Notes under the pieces: model-generated
Told to the model about the DNA's origin: nothing
Databases searched by the model: none
What the model saw: only the letters and a program-made list of their open reading frames with translations
From: Octopus vulgaris
Taxonomy: Eukaryota
Direction of reading: 5' to 3'
Assembly (NCBI GenBank): GCA_951406725.2
Contig: OX597818.1
Span: 8,556,001-8,620,000, forward strand
Length of the DNA stretch: 64,000 bases
In this document: positions 1-12,714 of the stretch, in pieces
Position numbering within the stretch: position 1 is the stretch's first letter
Layout: each line of letters opens with the position of its first letter
Made by a program: the position numbers and the translations under genes

Positions 1-324
1 ACACAAACAAGCATTTTCGCATACATACAAACACGCATGTGCAATTCTTTTTGCATCATTTTCTTTGTAATCTTGTTTACCTATTATTTTAGGCATTAGG
101 CACAAGGAAACAGGATTCTTTCGAAAAAACAAAACTGAATACGAAGCCGTAATCCAAAGCAGATCCGTAGCTGCTTGTTCGACTAACACTGGAGATTCTA
201 AACTGTTCAATTGTCTCCCAAACAAAGTATCAATTTCAGTTTCTGTTGTTTTTGATTTCACTCTTATTAGCGTTGCTAGTTTGGCGATATTATAACAAAT
301 GTAACAGATCACACTAACCATCAT
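1..324 (-). other. Candidate first exon / open frame running off the window edge (108 codons, MMVSVICY...), function unknown
   Basis: Read by hand: ATG at 324, no stop before position 1. TATAAAAG on the minus strand at 371-364 and a possible donor AG|GTAAAC at 81/80. No recognisable protein motif. Confidence 0.2.
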
Positions 325-641
325 AAGTCAATTCGCAAGCTCGTGCAAAGAGCAAAGAAACGACTTTTATATCTACTTGGAATATAAGCATAAATATACG
401 TAATATATAAATGCTTCATGAAGTGCATTTAAATGCTCCTATTCAGTTGTTGACCACCGCATACCACTCTACAGTAGGATATTTTTCATGTAGGCTGGAT
501 AGACATTTAGAACTCCACAACTGTATACGATTAATACAGGAATGATATAATACGAAGATAGAAAATAGCAAAAGGCAACATTTGTTTCTGCTCCACACAG
601 CATCTTTCAATTGCTAATTCGCAAAAGTTTACTTTTGCGGG

Positions 642-705
<64 letters not shown>

Positions 706-830
706 TAACCTGCAAAATATTAACACAAAAACTAAAACACCCCAGTTTACATATATTGAGTGACCGAAGGTGAATGAAATTTCCACCATTTATGACAATT
801 TTCGTAATAAATTCAATGCAACAATTAGAA

Positions 831-880
<50 letters not shown>
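642..880. repeat. Two (TA)n microsatellites (642-701, 833-880)
   Basis: Perfect TA dinucleotide runs visible in the sequence. Confidence 0.95.
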
Positions 881-882
<2 letters not shown>

Positions 883-1269
883 AAAAAGTTGAAACTCAAA
901 ACCCAAAAGTTTACACCGCATTTAGCTCAATTGAATAATTCTCACGATATTCTCAAGATATTCTTTTTCCACAGTATATCTATAACGTAGTAGTAGACTC
1001 GAGAAGTTTCGTATGTAAGCTTTTATGGCCATTGCTTTTGACAATATCACCGTAAAGTTATCATTATCATGACTAAAAGTAAACAAATTAGTCAAGACCT
1101 CCTTGGGCATACTCATGACATTCATATGAGTGACAATGGGTACAGAAAGATCTCTGCAGGTACCTATGAGTTCAGTTGCTAAGATAATACTTAACTGGAA
1201 ATCTCATAATTCCATATTGTGTGAGCTCGTACGCTGAAACACATATTTATACACGCACATATGTATCTA

Positions 1270-1300
1270 CTAGCAGAGAGATACCCGGCCTTGCTCGGGA
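1270..1300 (-). mobile_element. Helitron-like 3' terminus
   Basis: Minus strand reads CCCGAGCAAGGCCGGG (GC hairpin), a short spacer, then CTAG|T, the canonical Helitron 3' end. The 5' end was not located. Confidence 0.55.
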
Positions 1301-1331
1301 TTAAAATGGCATAGCTTTATATTGTTTTGCT

Positions 1332-1582
1332 AGTTTCAGTCATGTGACTACGGTCACACCGGAGCGCTGCCATTGGTCAAATAAATCGACCACCGGATTT
1401 ATTCTTTGTAAGCCTAGTACTTCTGTCAGTGGATTTTGCGCAACCGCTAAGTTATGGAAAAGTAAACACAGCAACATCGGTTGTCAAGCAATGGTGGCGT
1501 TACAAACACAGACACACACAGAGAAATATACACATATATACAGCAATCTTCTTTCGGTTTCCATCTACGAAATCCATTCAAG
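1332..1582 (-). mobile_element. tRNA-derived SINE fragment (octopus OK/OR-type family)
   Basis: Reverse-complement similarity to the copy at 40955-41255 (e.g. ggttgtcaagca vs tgcttgacaatc; tttccatctacgaaatcc vs aatttagtagacaggaag). Internal (CA)-rich tract. Confidence 0.65.
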
Positions 1583-2444
1583 TTAGAATGTTAAAACCAC
1601 ATATGTTTCGTGTTTTGACAAAATAACTAGGGTTATCCAATTTGAGGACTAAAACCCCTTTTGCAAGTCCTGAATTTTTAAGTAAGTTCATGCTCACGTG
1701 ACAATGTCCCCTGTTTTAAAAGACTGATATAAGATCCTGAACGTTCTATAAGAGCTAAGGTTCATGTAGTAACTTAACGTAAATCTGACCTCCAAAGTAT
1801 TCGCAAGTCAAGGGTAGGTATACTGATAAGTTAAATCTTGTATATAAGTTGTACTTTGCATAAATGTAGTTTGATTGTCAGTAAGTATATCTATGGTTAT
1901 GCCTGAAATACTGAATAGAAAATGCTTGAGAAATAAACTGCAACTTCCTATTTAAAATCTGAAACGCTAGGAAATTAAAACAATGAATTGAAATAATAAA
2001 TTTTAGCAAATCAAAACAATGCTAAATAAATTACCGTTAATAAGATTACTGTTTATAGCCATGAAACATTTTTCCTCATATTTTGACATTTTCCAAAAAT
2101 TTAAAATCGATAGTAATGAGTAGGACCAATTTGACGAAAACATGAGCAGATTCTTGTAGCGAACCTATGTCATCGTCATTTTTGTGCAATTGCGTATGAT
2201 GGCGAAATTTTACGCTTTGGGGCAGATTTCGCCAAATTGATGTCACGACGACTAGTGCGCAAAATGCCTAAATTTTGTTTGATAAATAGAATGCACTTAC
2301 CTATATAAAGCCGGGAATTATGTATATATATATATATATATCCCAAAATACGAAGAAGAAACACACCAAGAAAAAAAAGAAAACAACATGAGGATGTGGT
2401 ACATGCAAAGTATTAGCAGACGCTTATGAAAGGCAAGACACGTA

Positions 2445-2479
2445 GTTTTACGTTTCGAGCAAAGATCTTCGTCAGAAAC
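2445..2479 (-). ncRNA. Minimal type I hammerhead ribozyme motif (Penelope/retrozyme-like)
   Basis: Minus strand: guuu-CUGACGA-a-gauc-uuu-gcuc-GAAA-cg-UA-aaac. Helix I guuu/aaac, helix II with one mismatch, palindromic helix III ACGU. Confidence 0.6.
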
Positions 2480-2599
2480 AGGAGACGTACGAAAGTCCAA
2501 GACAAAAGGAGGACGGAGGAAACAAAATCACCAATGATTCGTGCTCTTGCTTGATGTCGCTGGGGTTATCCGAGATCAGTGCTTCCAGAGATGTCACGA

Positions 2600-2730
2600 T
2601 GCGTAGATTAGAAGAGGTCCACCAGTGCTCTCGATTACTAGCGGTCCTGTACCAGCCCTTTGCATCCTCCAATGTGACGTCGAGCCTCTGAAGACAATTC
2701 TTCATTTCATGCAGCCAAATATAAAGCATA
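2600..2730 (-). mobile_element. RTE-like LINE 3' ORF remnant
   Basis: WLHEMKNCLQRLDVTLEDAKGWYRTASNREHW resembles the RTE C-terminal W...A.NR..W motif. Confidence 0.4.
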
Positions 2731-5700
2731 ACACCATGTTGTTTTCCAACAATAGTATAAGGCTAAAACAATATACATGGTAGTTTAATTATATGTAGAA
2801 GAAACATTAAAATATTGCTATCATAGATATTGTAGTTTAGGCCCAAATCAACGCGTATGCATCTTTTTCTTGAGGACAATATCTCATTATTCAGCGCGTT
2901 CTCCGATGACAGAAACAAATGCTTTTTGTATGAAAATGATTTGACAACTATTTATGATAGATTATGCGGTCATATATATAGGCAGTTTCATTTTCGCATC
3001 AATGTGGACATTCTTGTTATTACTATATCAAATGCTGCTTCAGTTATTTATTTTTGATTTTTGTTGCGCGCACTCTGGTCAGCTTTCATTGCAATCTGTT
3101 ACCATATGCTTTTTCTTACCATAAGCGATCTATTACAATAAGTTTTCGAACTCATATTATCGCAGTTTCTTTAGGAACACACTGCTCTACGTTTCTTAAT
3201 GCTCCCTTACATCAGTTCGTGCTTGTGTTTAGAAGTAGATTTCACTGCTGTATCTAGCTCGTCAAACGACCACTGATGTGCTAGTTAACTGGTTCGACAT
3301 GAAGAATGCAGAATTTTTTACTTTCTTCTGGTATTGTAGAAAGTAATTTCAACATTGTAATGATGAAAATCCTGAAAGACACGGAGAAGTGTAGAATAAG
3401 ACGATCGTGGATTCATGATATACAATACAACATATACGCAATTTAATCTTATATGGAACTGGATTAGACATTCAAGTTATAGTTGATGAATGTTATAGCC
3501 TGAATCTAGCAGACAACTATTCATTTTGTATTAAACTTATCTGACTTTTTCTCTAATAAGCTGTTTACCAAATGTAATTAATCCGTTTACAAACGCACTG
3601 TTTTCAACCTTGATGATAAATCTCTTCATGATGTATTCATTTCATTCTAATATTTTAGTAAATGGAAAGTTGTATGCGTTAGTTGGAGTGTTTATATGTG
3701 TGTGTTTGTATGTGTGTTTTCGTGTGTGTTTGCACGAGTGTATGTGTGTATGTGTGTGTGTGATTATAAATGAATGCATTAAAATATTTTAATAAAAGAA
3801 TTCGAATATAGCAGTATTAGAAGCTGTAGTTATGCTGATCAAAACAGTTGATACGTTTGAAACAATGCGCAAATGGTGACTTACATGTAATCAAATTTGA
3901 CAATAACATTTATTTGAATTAACATTTTAGTTAACGTTTTCGCTTCTACTCTACAGTTGAGTGACAACGACTATAAATGTCGATTTATATGTAATATTCC
4001 ATTTATTTTTGCCAATTTAGAAATGTATTCTCTTTTGTCAGACAAAAATATATATGGAATCTTCCGAAGAGCTGCAACCCAATAAAGCTAAGCAACACTT
4101 GCGATGCCAACTGATTGATACATGTTACAAAAATATATCACATGTCACACTAGACATAACTGGTATGTACATAAAAGTAAATCGGTCAAATTATCTAAAA
4201 TATTTTTGTGATTATTTTTTACTGAAAATTTTGCCACACCTTGTTGGGAAATGAAAAGGGGACAGGTGAAAGTTTAGAAAAGAGTGAAGCCTCAAACTCT
4301 CCCAAAGACCTATTCTTATTTTCACGGAGAATGAAGTTTCGTTAGTATGTCTATTTCATAGGCAATAAAGTTATAACTGCCCATCAGATGAGGTATATGA
4401 ATAACTGTTGTGGAAGAATTCTGACCACCCGCAACTGATGAAAATGTGGACTGATACCTTTCAATGAAATAAAGAACTGTCGAGTTGACAGTCAGCAGTT
4501 GACATCGAGCAGTTTACAGGGTTGATCCTTCATAGTGGATTACTGTGTAATTTAATATCGTTCCTACGCTTGGCGTAATACAGAGCACGTTCAGTGTGAC
4601 AATATTAATTCTGCGAGAAGTTATTCTGGATAACCATGTCCAAATAATTATTTGGGTAATATTATTCTACACCCTTGTGCACACCACATCGTTGTTATAA
4701 CATTACTGGCGACGAGATACTTAACCCCCCCCACACACACACACACGAAGACATATTAATAACAATGGCCTATCTGTATTCTTCTATCTCCACTGACATA
4801 TCGAATTTGAGGAAAATATTTTACGTTCTTCTGTGAGTACTGCCCCTAGGAAATATCAGTAGTCTACAGAACAATAAGCATGAATCGTCTCTTTTTCAAT
4901 AAGATCAATAACCACAAAATAATGAAACATTGGTATTAATTACATTTAAAATATTAAACTGAGCACTAGAGGAAATTTACAACACAAGCAAAAACATTTG
5001 AATATACGATCACTGGTAATTTTCACACCAAATCTGATTGGATCTGCTTTATAAGAATGGATACATACAGAGGCTTAAATCATTATAGACAACTTTTTGC
5101 GATACATCGATCAGGCAGATACATTCTACTAAACTTTATATGATGCAATGAATGCATCATATGTTAAATCTGCAGTAAATATAATAACGCTTTGAAAGTA
5201 GATTTAGCACCTATGCAGATATTTCAAGTTTACGTTCAACCTGAGTGAACCAACATTATTCGGAATAAACTACTTAAACAGTACGTTGAAGAAACACTCT
5301 TTTCATTTTCTTAATGTCATGAATATACCAAGTATGAATATACCAACATCTTTAACGAGATAACTAGCGTATCCTTGTCTGTAATAGACAGAACATACCC
5401 CATCTAGAAGGACATGCCTTCGCACTTTAGGAACAAAAGATAACTACTAAGGTCGTAAGTAAGATACGAATGCCTATGTTGTAATAGACTATGCCGACAG
5501 TAGATATACATGTGGAAGTTACCAAAAACACATTGATATCAAAGCCTTGCCGAGTTATACAAGGATAAGAATGCACTAACAATGTTAAAAATACGGAACA
5601 GAGATTTAGTATTTCAATAAAATTGTTTATTCTAGTGACAAAAAACAAACGTAATACACTATTTTAGTCAAATGACAAGCGATTATGCATGCTTCTTTAA

Positions 5701-6212
5701 AAATTGGGGGATACATCCATTGTTAACTAATCACAAATTTATACTCGTGCATACCGCTTATAGTGTTTCGTTCGTATATGTTACATTAAATATACCTGGC
5801 TATGTAAACAAACATAAACATGAATAATTGAACGCCTGAGAGATTGGCTTTGAGATATCAAATCCATGAAAATAGTGTTACCAAACTAAATTTCTTGGAT
5901 TGCGTGCCTGTAGAAGGAAGCAGTGTCTTGTCGCTTTTAATATAGTATTCGAAGGAACTTAAGGGTAATTGAATGGACGACCGACCTACGTGCTCTTACC
6001 TATTTTCGATGCATGTATAGATGTGTGTGTTTATGAATGTTGCGTGTACGTCAGTATGCATATTTTTGTATGTAGATGTGTATGCACGTATATGTACGTG
6101 TTTATCGCGCAACTCCAGCACAAATGAAACACACAAACGAGCACACAAATATATAATATAATATATAATATAATGTAATATAATATAATATAATATAATA
6201 TAATATAATATG

Positions 6213-6252
<40 letters not shown>

Positions 6253-6367
6253 TGAGATTCATTTGACTTAGGTACTTAAGTTGAAGCACCAAGTTAGTGG
6301 GGTATTGTCCGTACAACTCAAAGTAACGTGAATAATACCAAAATGAGCAACAAGATATCACGAGTTG

Positions 6368-6453
6368 ATGCAATACGGCCATTTCAAGCGGCTCCACTTA
6401 ATTGAACAATGCAATCATTACATCAATTTAAATAAGGCCATCCTCCGTTGCAT
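6368..6453 (-). ncRNA. Type I hammerhead ribozyme motif with long helix II (core variant CGGAGGA)
   Basis: Minus strand: augcaa-CGGAGGA-[long hairpin ggccuuauuuaaauuga...ucaauuaaguggagcc]-gcuu-GAAA-uggccg-UA-uugcau. Helix I is 6 bp; helix III AUGGCCGU is near-palindromic. Confidence 0.5.
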
Positions 6454-6789
6454 AAATAAATAGCATTTTTCAATCAGGTGGACACCTTAAAATAAGTTTG
6501 CAGAAATTCTCTAATAGAGCTACAGGAGGGAAAAGCCCATGTTTCTACTAATGGTACGATGGATGATTGTATATAAGCAACATTGTTATGTTGCATGAAG
6601 ATAAAAGTTAAGATTACTAAAAATTATATTATAACCAGTATAGATAAACTGTGTATATATAAACATTTTCAACATTAGAAAGGGAATATTACATTCCCTT
6701 TCAAGATGCAGGTAAGCATCTTGAATTTTGTACATCTCTCTACTCGACCGCATGATAGTTGATTGGGTCCAAACCAAGATGTTTTAAAT

Positions 6790-7087
<298 letters not shown>

Positions 7088-7089
7088 GG

Positions 7090-7980
7090 AAGATTTCATA
7101 TATTTGCCAAAAGGGCGAATGATGAGGTGGGGGCAAAACAGAAATAGGAATAAAGTGTGGAGTTTCACATATAATATTGAAACGATAAAAGGAAATTATA
7201 CACGGTATACCCTGGAAAAGAAGAGACATATGCATAGCATGTAAAGGTTAAAAAATAGTGGGGTATGATAGAATTGTGGCCCTCCTGATACAGGAACGCC
7301 TCTAGGAATAATCGAATGACCCCACTGCCGGAGATTTCCTTGAAACCCTCTCAGTAAGTGGCCTCTCAAATTTCTTCTCTCCGACTATACTTAGAGAAAT
7401 ACCATCCACTCTTGTCATATTCGCAATTTTCACCCACCTTTCATTAAACTCACTCTAGGACAGCACTTCCCTCTTCCCTCTCAATTAATTACCTTTTCAA
7501 CTGAAACTTAAAAAGTCAATGAGAGCTCTACCAAGAGAAGAATGTATCTGCCCTCACGTCTTTCAACCTTGTCCACCAAAAAACCTTTCGCCAGAGTCAC
7601 CAGTCAAAGGAAAACTGACTTGCCTGCCCGATTGAAGGAGGACGGCGCTGCAATCGTCACTATAGACTTGGCCGACAGACGGATCCGTTCCACACATGAC
7701 AGCAGCTGTGCAACATAACCCAACAAGTCAGCAATGACCGGACACTGAACGAGGGCGTGCAGAAAGTTTTCGTCACTCTACAGGTACCTCGGACAAGTCC
7801 GTCTGACAGCACCTCCGTGCCTGTAGAGCTTGTCTCGAACCGATAGCGCTACCCGTTAGCACTTCCAGGCCAAGGACATCTGAAAATTATCTATGATAAT
7901 TCCCGACCAGAAAGTCCTCCGGAACAGATTAGCCAGTTCGTTCTCGTCGGAGCCCAGAGTCACCCCAAGAACGTTGGCAC
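7090..7980 (-). mobile_element. Tx1/L1-clade LINE 3' fragment, copy 1, ending in an (ATT)n tail
   Basis: Minus frame DNFQMSLAWKC*RVALSVRDKLYRHG..RTCPRY..SDENFLHALVQCP is an L1/Tx1-type C-terminal zinc-knuckle remnant. Stops present. Confidence 0.65.
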
Positions 7981-7989
7981 ACATCCCCA

Positions 7990-8720
7990 CCATTAATCCT
8001 TTATATATAAAGGATGGGGAGAAAGAAATGGAAAAGATAGTGAAATGCTGTAAAACGTATACATAGTTTACAAAGAATGTGAAAACATAAATGTTGCAGT
8101 CCTTTTAATACTGGTGAAATGCCTTCTATGGCTAATTAATGAACCCCACAGATCATGTCCTCCAACCTAGAGGCTCATACTTAGAGTGGGGGCCTTTATT
8201 CTAACCACTTTTGCCAGAGTCACTAATGTTTTCAGAAATTCACTGGGAGAGAGAACTTCCATCGATACTCTCACTTTCATTTCTGGGTGAAACTTTAAAA
8301 TGTCGATAAGACCGAAGACAGTGTTCTTCCTCAATCCTTTCAGCCTAGCCTCGTCCATAACACAAACTATTTCCGTCATAGCTATAAGACAGGGGAAATA
8401 AGTCTGCTTTGTCTTGTTAAAGGAGATTAGTAGTGCGATCCTCATGATGGATTTGTCCCACATATAATAACGACATAACTCCACAAGTCAGCAATACTCG
8501 GACACATCACGAGGACTTACAATACGATTTCGTTGCTCTGTGAACATCACGGGCTGTCCCGCCTGAAAGCACTTCCTTCCCTGTAGAGTTTATCTAGAAC
8601 TGGCAGTTCTCCACGACAACACATGGCAGATCAGGTTTTTCTGCAAATTATCTATAATAGTATCAAGCGCAAAAATCGTCTGAAATACGCGAGGTCATCC
8701 TCGTGAACGCCTAGCGTTTT
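7990..8720 (-). mobile_element. Tx1/L1-clade LINE 3' fragment, copy 2
   Basis: Collinear with copy 1 (ctgtagag..tctagaac, aattatctat, aagtcagcaat). ORF 8167-8484 (RLKGLRK..LKFH..EVLSPSEF) is its C-terminus. Confidence 0.65.
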
Positions 8721-8820
8721 TTGGGAATTCCATTGCTCTTACGCATTACCAGATTTGTATGTATTGTTGCAGTTGAATTTCAATCATTGGAAATTCCTGA
8801 TTGGTAGTGAGCAGTGAGCG

Positions 8821-8910
8821 TCTGACAACATTCTAGATGCTAATTTTGGTCTGACGACATTCCAGATTCCAATGTTGATCTGACGACATTCTAGATGTCA
8901 CTTTTGGTCT
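8821..8910. repeat. Minisatellite, 3 x 29 bp (TCTGACGACATTCTAGATG...)
   Basis: Units start at 8821, 8850 and 8879. Confidence 0.85.
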
Positions 8911-9139
8911 TGTATTGATCCACCATTGTAGGACCATTAAAGAGATGAGCTGCGCAAAAGCGTGCTTTACAAACGGATATCACACCAGCTCACAGCCGGG
9001 AAAATCTGTAGTGCCGTAGCCGCACCTGGTTTCTTGCTCATGTTTTTTTTTACCACGAGAAACAATAAAGGAAACGCCCCAATTCGACTTCGCTTAAGGA
9101 AGATATATTTTTGCAAAGTACCAGGAGTGTTTTGGGGAA

Positions 9140-9268
9140 AAGGTAAGTCGGCGCTACTTGAACGGAATTTATGTTATCGATGTCAAATGACGAAAGTTAA
9201 AGTCGACACTGAGAGAAATTGAACTCAGAACATAAAGACCACTGTCTGGCGTGCTAGCAATACTGACA
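9140..9268 (-). mobile_element. tRNA-derived SINE fragment (family of 12280-12512)
   Basis: aaagtcgac...aattgaactcagaac...ggcgtgcta is the reverse complement of the SINE head and B-box. Confidence 0.55.
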
Positions 9269-9280
9269 ATAACAATTATA

Positions 9281-9316
<36 letters not shown>

Positions 9317-9379
9317 GTGCTGCTGCTGATGATGATGATGACGACGACGGCGGCGGTGGCCGTGGTGGTGGTGGTGGTG

Positions 9380-9442
<63 letters not shown>
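9269..9442. repeat. Compound (ATG)n/(GTG)n/(TAA)n microsatellite
   Basis: Direct inspection. Confidence 0.95.
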
Positions 9443-9874
9443 GACTGTCTCAATCGATATAAACGTATCTGACAAGACCTACTAGAAACTGAGCAAATAT
9501 AAAGATCTGGAAATAGAAATCAACAAAATGTGGAACCTGAAGACTAAAACAATACCTGTCGTCATAGGTGCCCTGGGAATGATAGTAAAAGGGCTGATTG
9601 CTACCTAACTCAGATAACAGGAAACCCGAAAATGGCAGAAATTCAAAAGATAGTGTTCATGGGAACTGCACATATCCTACGCAAAATACTTTCTATGTAA
9701 TCTCAAGTTTTAAAACAAACATAATTGTACAAACTATGTACAAACTATGTACAAAACCAAATATATGGCACCCTAGGCATAACACCAACACGAACTTCCA
9801 ACTTGTTGTCTCTTGAAGTCTCTGGGTGAGATTTGGAACCAGCTTGTGCAAATGTAAAGCAAAAGTCAAACACA

Positions 9875-9875
<1 letters not shown>
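9443..9875 (+). mobile_element. R4/Dong-clade non-LTR retrotransposon 3' end, inserted in (TAA)n
   Basis: KLSKYKDLEIEINKMWNLKTKTIPVVIGALGMI...IQKIVFMGTAHILRK* (end of RLE domain) plus 3'UTR. (TAA)n lies immediately on both sides. Confidence 0.85.
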
Positions 9876-9917
<42 letters not shown>

Positions 9918-10001
9918 GATAAGAAGGAGGAGTCGGCGGAAAAAGAGAAAAATAGTAATAAACATAATTTATGTATATATACGCATACATACACACTCAC
10001 A

Positions 10002-10060
<59 letters not shown>

Positions 10061-12279
10061 GCATGTATACACATACATATATATATTATATTTATATATG
10101 TATGTATGTGTGTTACCAGATATTTACAGTTAACTGTACTTTTATTCACGCGCGCGCACACAAACAGACATACTCACACATGCACACATTCGCGCATGCA
10201 CACAAAGAAATGACCAGGAAAGTAAATAAATCAAATGTCCATGCAATTCAAAATCATTGAAGTGAAAGTACTCCACTACCCAGTTACATAGTGTAAATAG
10301 ACGATCTAATTAAAAAGATCTGAAACCAAAGTGATAATGTTTCATAAAATGCACCGCTTTTTCCTCTGTTATTATTTTCTACGCCAATAGATGCTATAAA
10401 ACATGTTTGAAAAATCAGAGTCTGTTGCAGAAATACTACGAGATAACTTGTTATTGATTCAAAACTAGCAAAGCACTTTTAAATTATAGATATCGTATAA
10501 GTAAATAAAGTATCTTGTCTAGAAGAATATACGCTCGTCTTATCTGAAAGGTCCTTCTTCATTGGTCTTATTCATTGGGCGATCTGGTGGTCAATACCGA
10601 CTACTTTATAAAGTTGCGAGAACATCTTCAAAAATTGTTTAAAAATATTAAAAATTACATATAATGTAATGGTAGAAAGAACAAGAGTACTTATTAGAAT
10701 TTTTAAAAGGACTTGGGGATACGGTGGAAAGTGCTTAAAAATTATAACATTTATATGTGTAACTGTGTGTCAAGTTGTGAGCATGTGAGTGTATGAATTT
10801 GTGTGCCTGTATGTATATATATATATATATATGAGACATGGGTGTGTATGCACTGAAGACCATTAACAAAAAAAACACCCAATAAAAGTGATTGAGTGAA
10901 GCTTTTACTGTTAAATGTGTATATTTTTTTGGCATTTCTTAAACATGTTTTTCACATCTTAAAAATTAAAAATAAAAATCTTATTTCCGTTTACAAATGC
11001 CTCTAGTCAAATGGAAGATTTTGGTTAAGAATATTCAACTTAAAAATCTAGTTCGTGTATCAGACATCTTTGTCCCTCAGCAACAGGAACGGTATTTACT
11101 GAATTTCAAATTTTTGATATATCCCATCTGTTATTTTTTTATATTTACTTTCTTGTTTCTTCTTTTGGATTTATTTTTTCCTGTTGAGTTTGACAAGGAA
11201 TAATAATGCGTTGGACACTGTAGTATATTTGTGACATCACTTGATAACTACAAACATATTTAAATTTTTCTTCTTTTTTTATTAAAATTAGTTATATTAT
11301 TTTTAGTGTTTTATTGTAATTTTTATTAGGATTAATGTTGTTTTTTTACCCTTTCAGCTAAAACGAAGATAAAATATAAACCAAATGAAAGAAACAATTT
11401 TAACTAAATATGATATTCCAACCAGCGAGTGTGAAAGAGAGAAAATAATAAAAATAACAATAAGAATAAGTTAAAAAATAGACTATGAAGAAAAAATCAA
11501 TTAGTGACAACTTTTTAAGATTAAATTAATGGTGAAGAATTATTTCCATATATGCTACAGATAGTTGCTTTTATTATTTTGATTTATTGGAAGTTTTCAA
11601 ATTTCACTTGAAATTTGATCAATAAAACATTTGCAATATCATTAATATTACACGATCATCCACCTACTGTTCCTCCTCCCTTTCATCAGCACCACCAGCA
11701 TCACTATCATATTAACATTACTCTCTAAAATCTGGAATGAGGTGATTCTCGGAGTAGCGTGCTCTATGCTTCGGAGAGGTACTGGATGTTGGCGGATGGA
11801 AAGCGTTCCAGTGTAAGTTGGTTCGATCCAAAGTGCAATGGGCATAAACAAAAAATAATATAGCAATATAGAAAGATAGTATCTCTGCAAAGACTACAGA
11901 AATAATATAAATAGCAGCCAAATGGCAATCAAAACTGGTGTGGATATTCATGATTCGAAATTCAAACATTAGGGCCAACCCTAATCTGATAACAAATTTT
12001 ATGGCCCCATCAAGTTTCTAAATATTCTTCCCATACCCTTTGCATCCAACTCTAATTGTCCCCAACTAAAATGTAATATGTCTAAAGCATAATATGTCAG
12101 CTCATTTCAAGCTTTCATAATGAATAAAACTGCATGGAGACGTTTTTAACTAGATGAAAAACCGTATGCAAATGTAAAAAACGTATTGCCAGATATATAT
12201 GCATCAGAAATACATGTCGGAGAGGGATTTAAATTAATCAAGTTGTATAACTGACAGTAATAATGAAATTCTGTGTAAA

Positions 12280-12512
12280 TAAGACGGTGAGCTGGCAGAA
12301 TCGTTAGCACGCTGGGCGAAATGCGTAGCCGTATTTTGTCTGCCGTTACGTTCTGAGTTCAAATTCCGCTGTGGTCGACTTTGCCTTTAATCCTTTCGGG
12401 GTCGATAAATTAAGTACCAGTTACTCACTGGGGTCGATATAATCGACTTAATCTGTTTGTCTGTCCTTGTTTGTCCCCTTTGCATTTAACCCCTTGTGAG
12501 TAGTAAAGAAAT
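12280..12512 (+). mobile_element. Full-length tRNA-derived SINE with 24-bp target-site duplication
   Basis: A-box-like TGGCAGAATCG and B-box GAGTTCAAATTCC. Exact direct repeat AGTAATAATGAAATTCTGTGTAAA at 12256-12279 and 12513-12536. Confidence 0.9.
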
Positions 12513-12679
12513 AGTAATAATGAAATTCTGTGTAAACCTGATATTCTACGTAGTTACTTAAATTATTATGTGTGTATATATGCGTGTGTGCATATGATTG
12601 TATGTATGTACTTATGTATATATGTGTGTGTATGAATGTATATACGTATATAAATATTTATACCTATATACTCACTAAG

Positions 12680-12714
<35 letters not shown>

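Noticed and set aside
570-615. Hammerhead-like UUGAAAGA-ugcu..agca-GAAAC on the minus strand
   Set aside because: The core deviates from CUGANGA and helix I is not in register
990-1125. Hammerhead-like GA-guaug...cauac-GAAAC..GUC on the minus strand, upstream of (TA)n 833-880
   Set aside because: The core reads GUCAUGA (two critical changes) and there is no helix I; too decayed to call
4330-4720. Very old mariner-like fragment (PATDENVD)
   Set aside because: One weak motif and no TIRs; insufficient support
8821-8910. 29-bp repeats as a CRISPR-like array
   Set aside because: Units are contiguous with no unique spacers, there are no cas genes, and the context is eukaryotic
11718-11978. 86-aa minus-strand ORF
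   Set aside because: No motif, and no supporting splice or promoter signals
12283-12375. tRNA gene
   Set aside because: A/B boxes belong to a SINE head that continues into a repeated body with a TSD; no convincing cloverleaf
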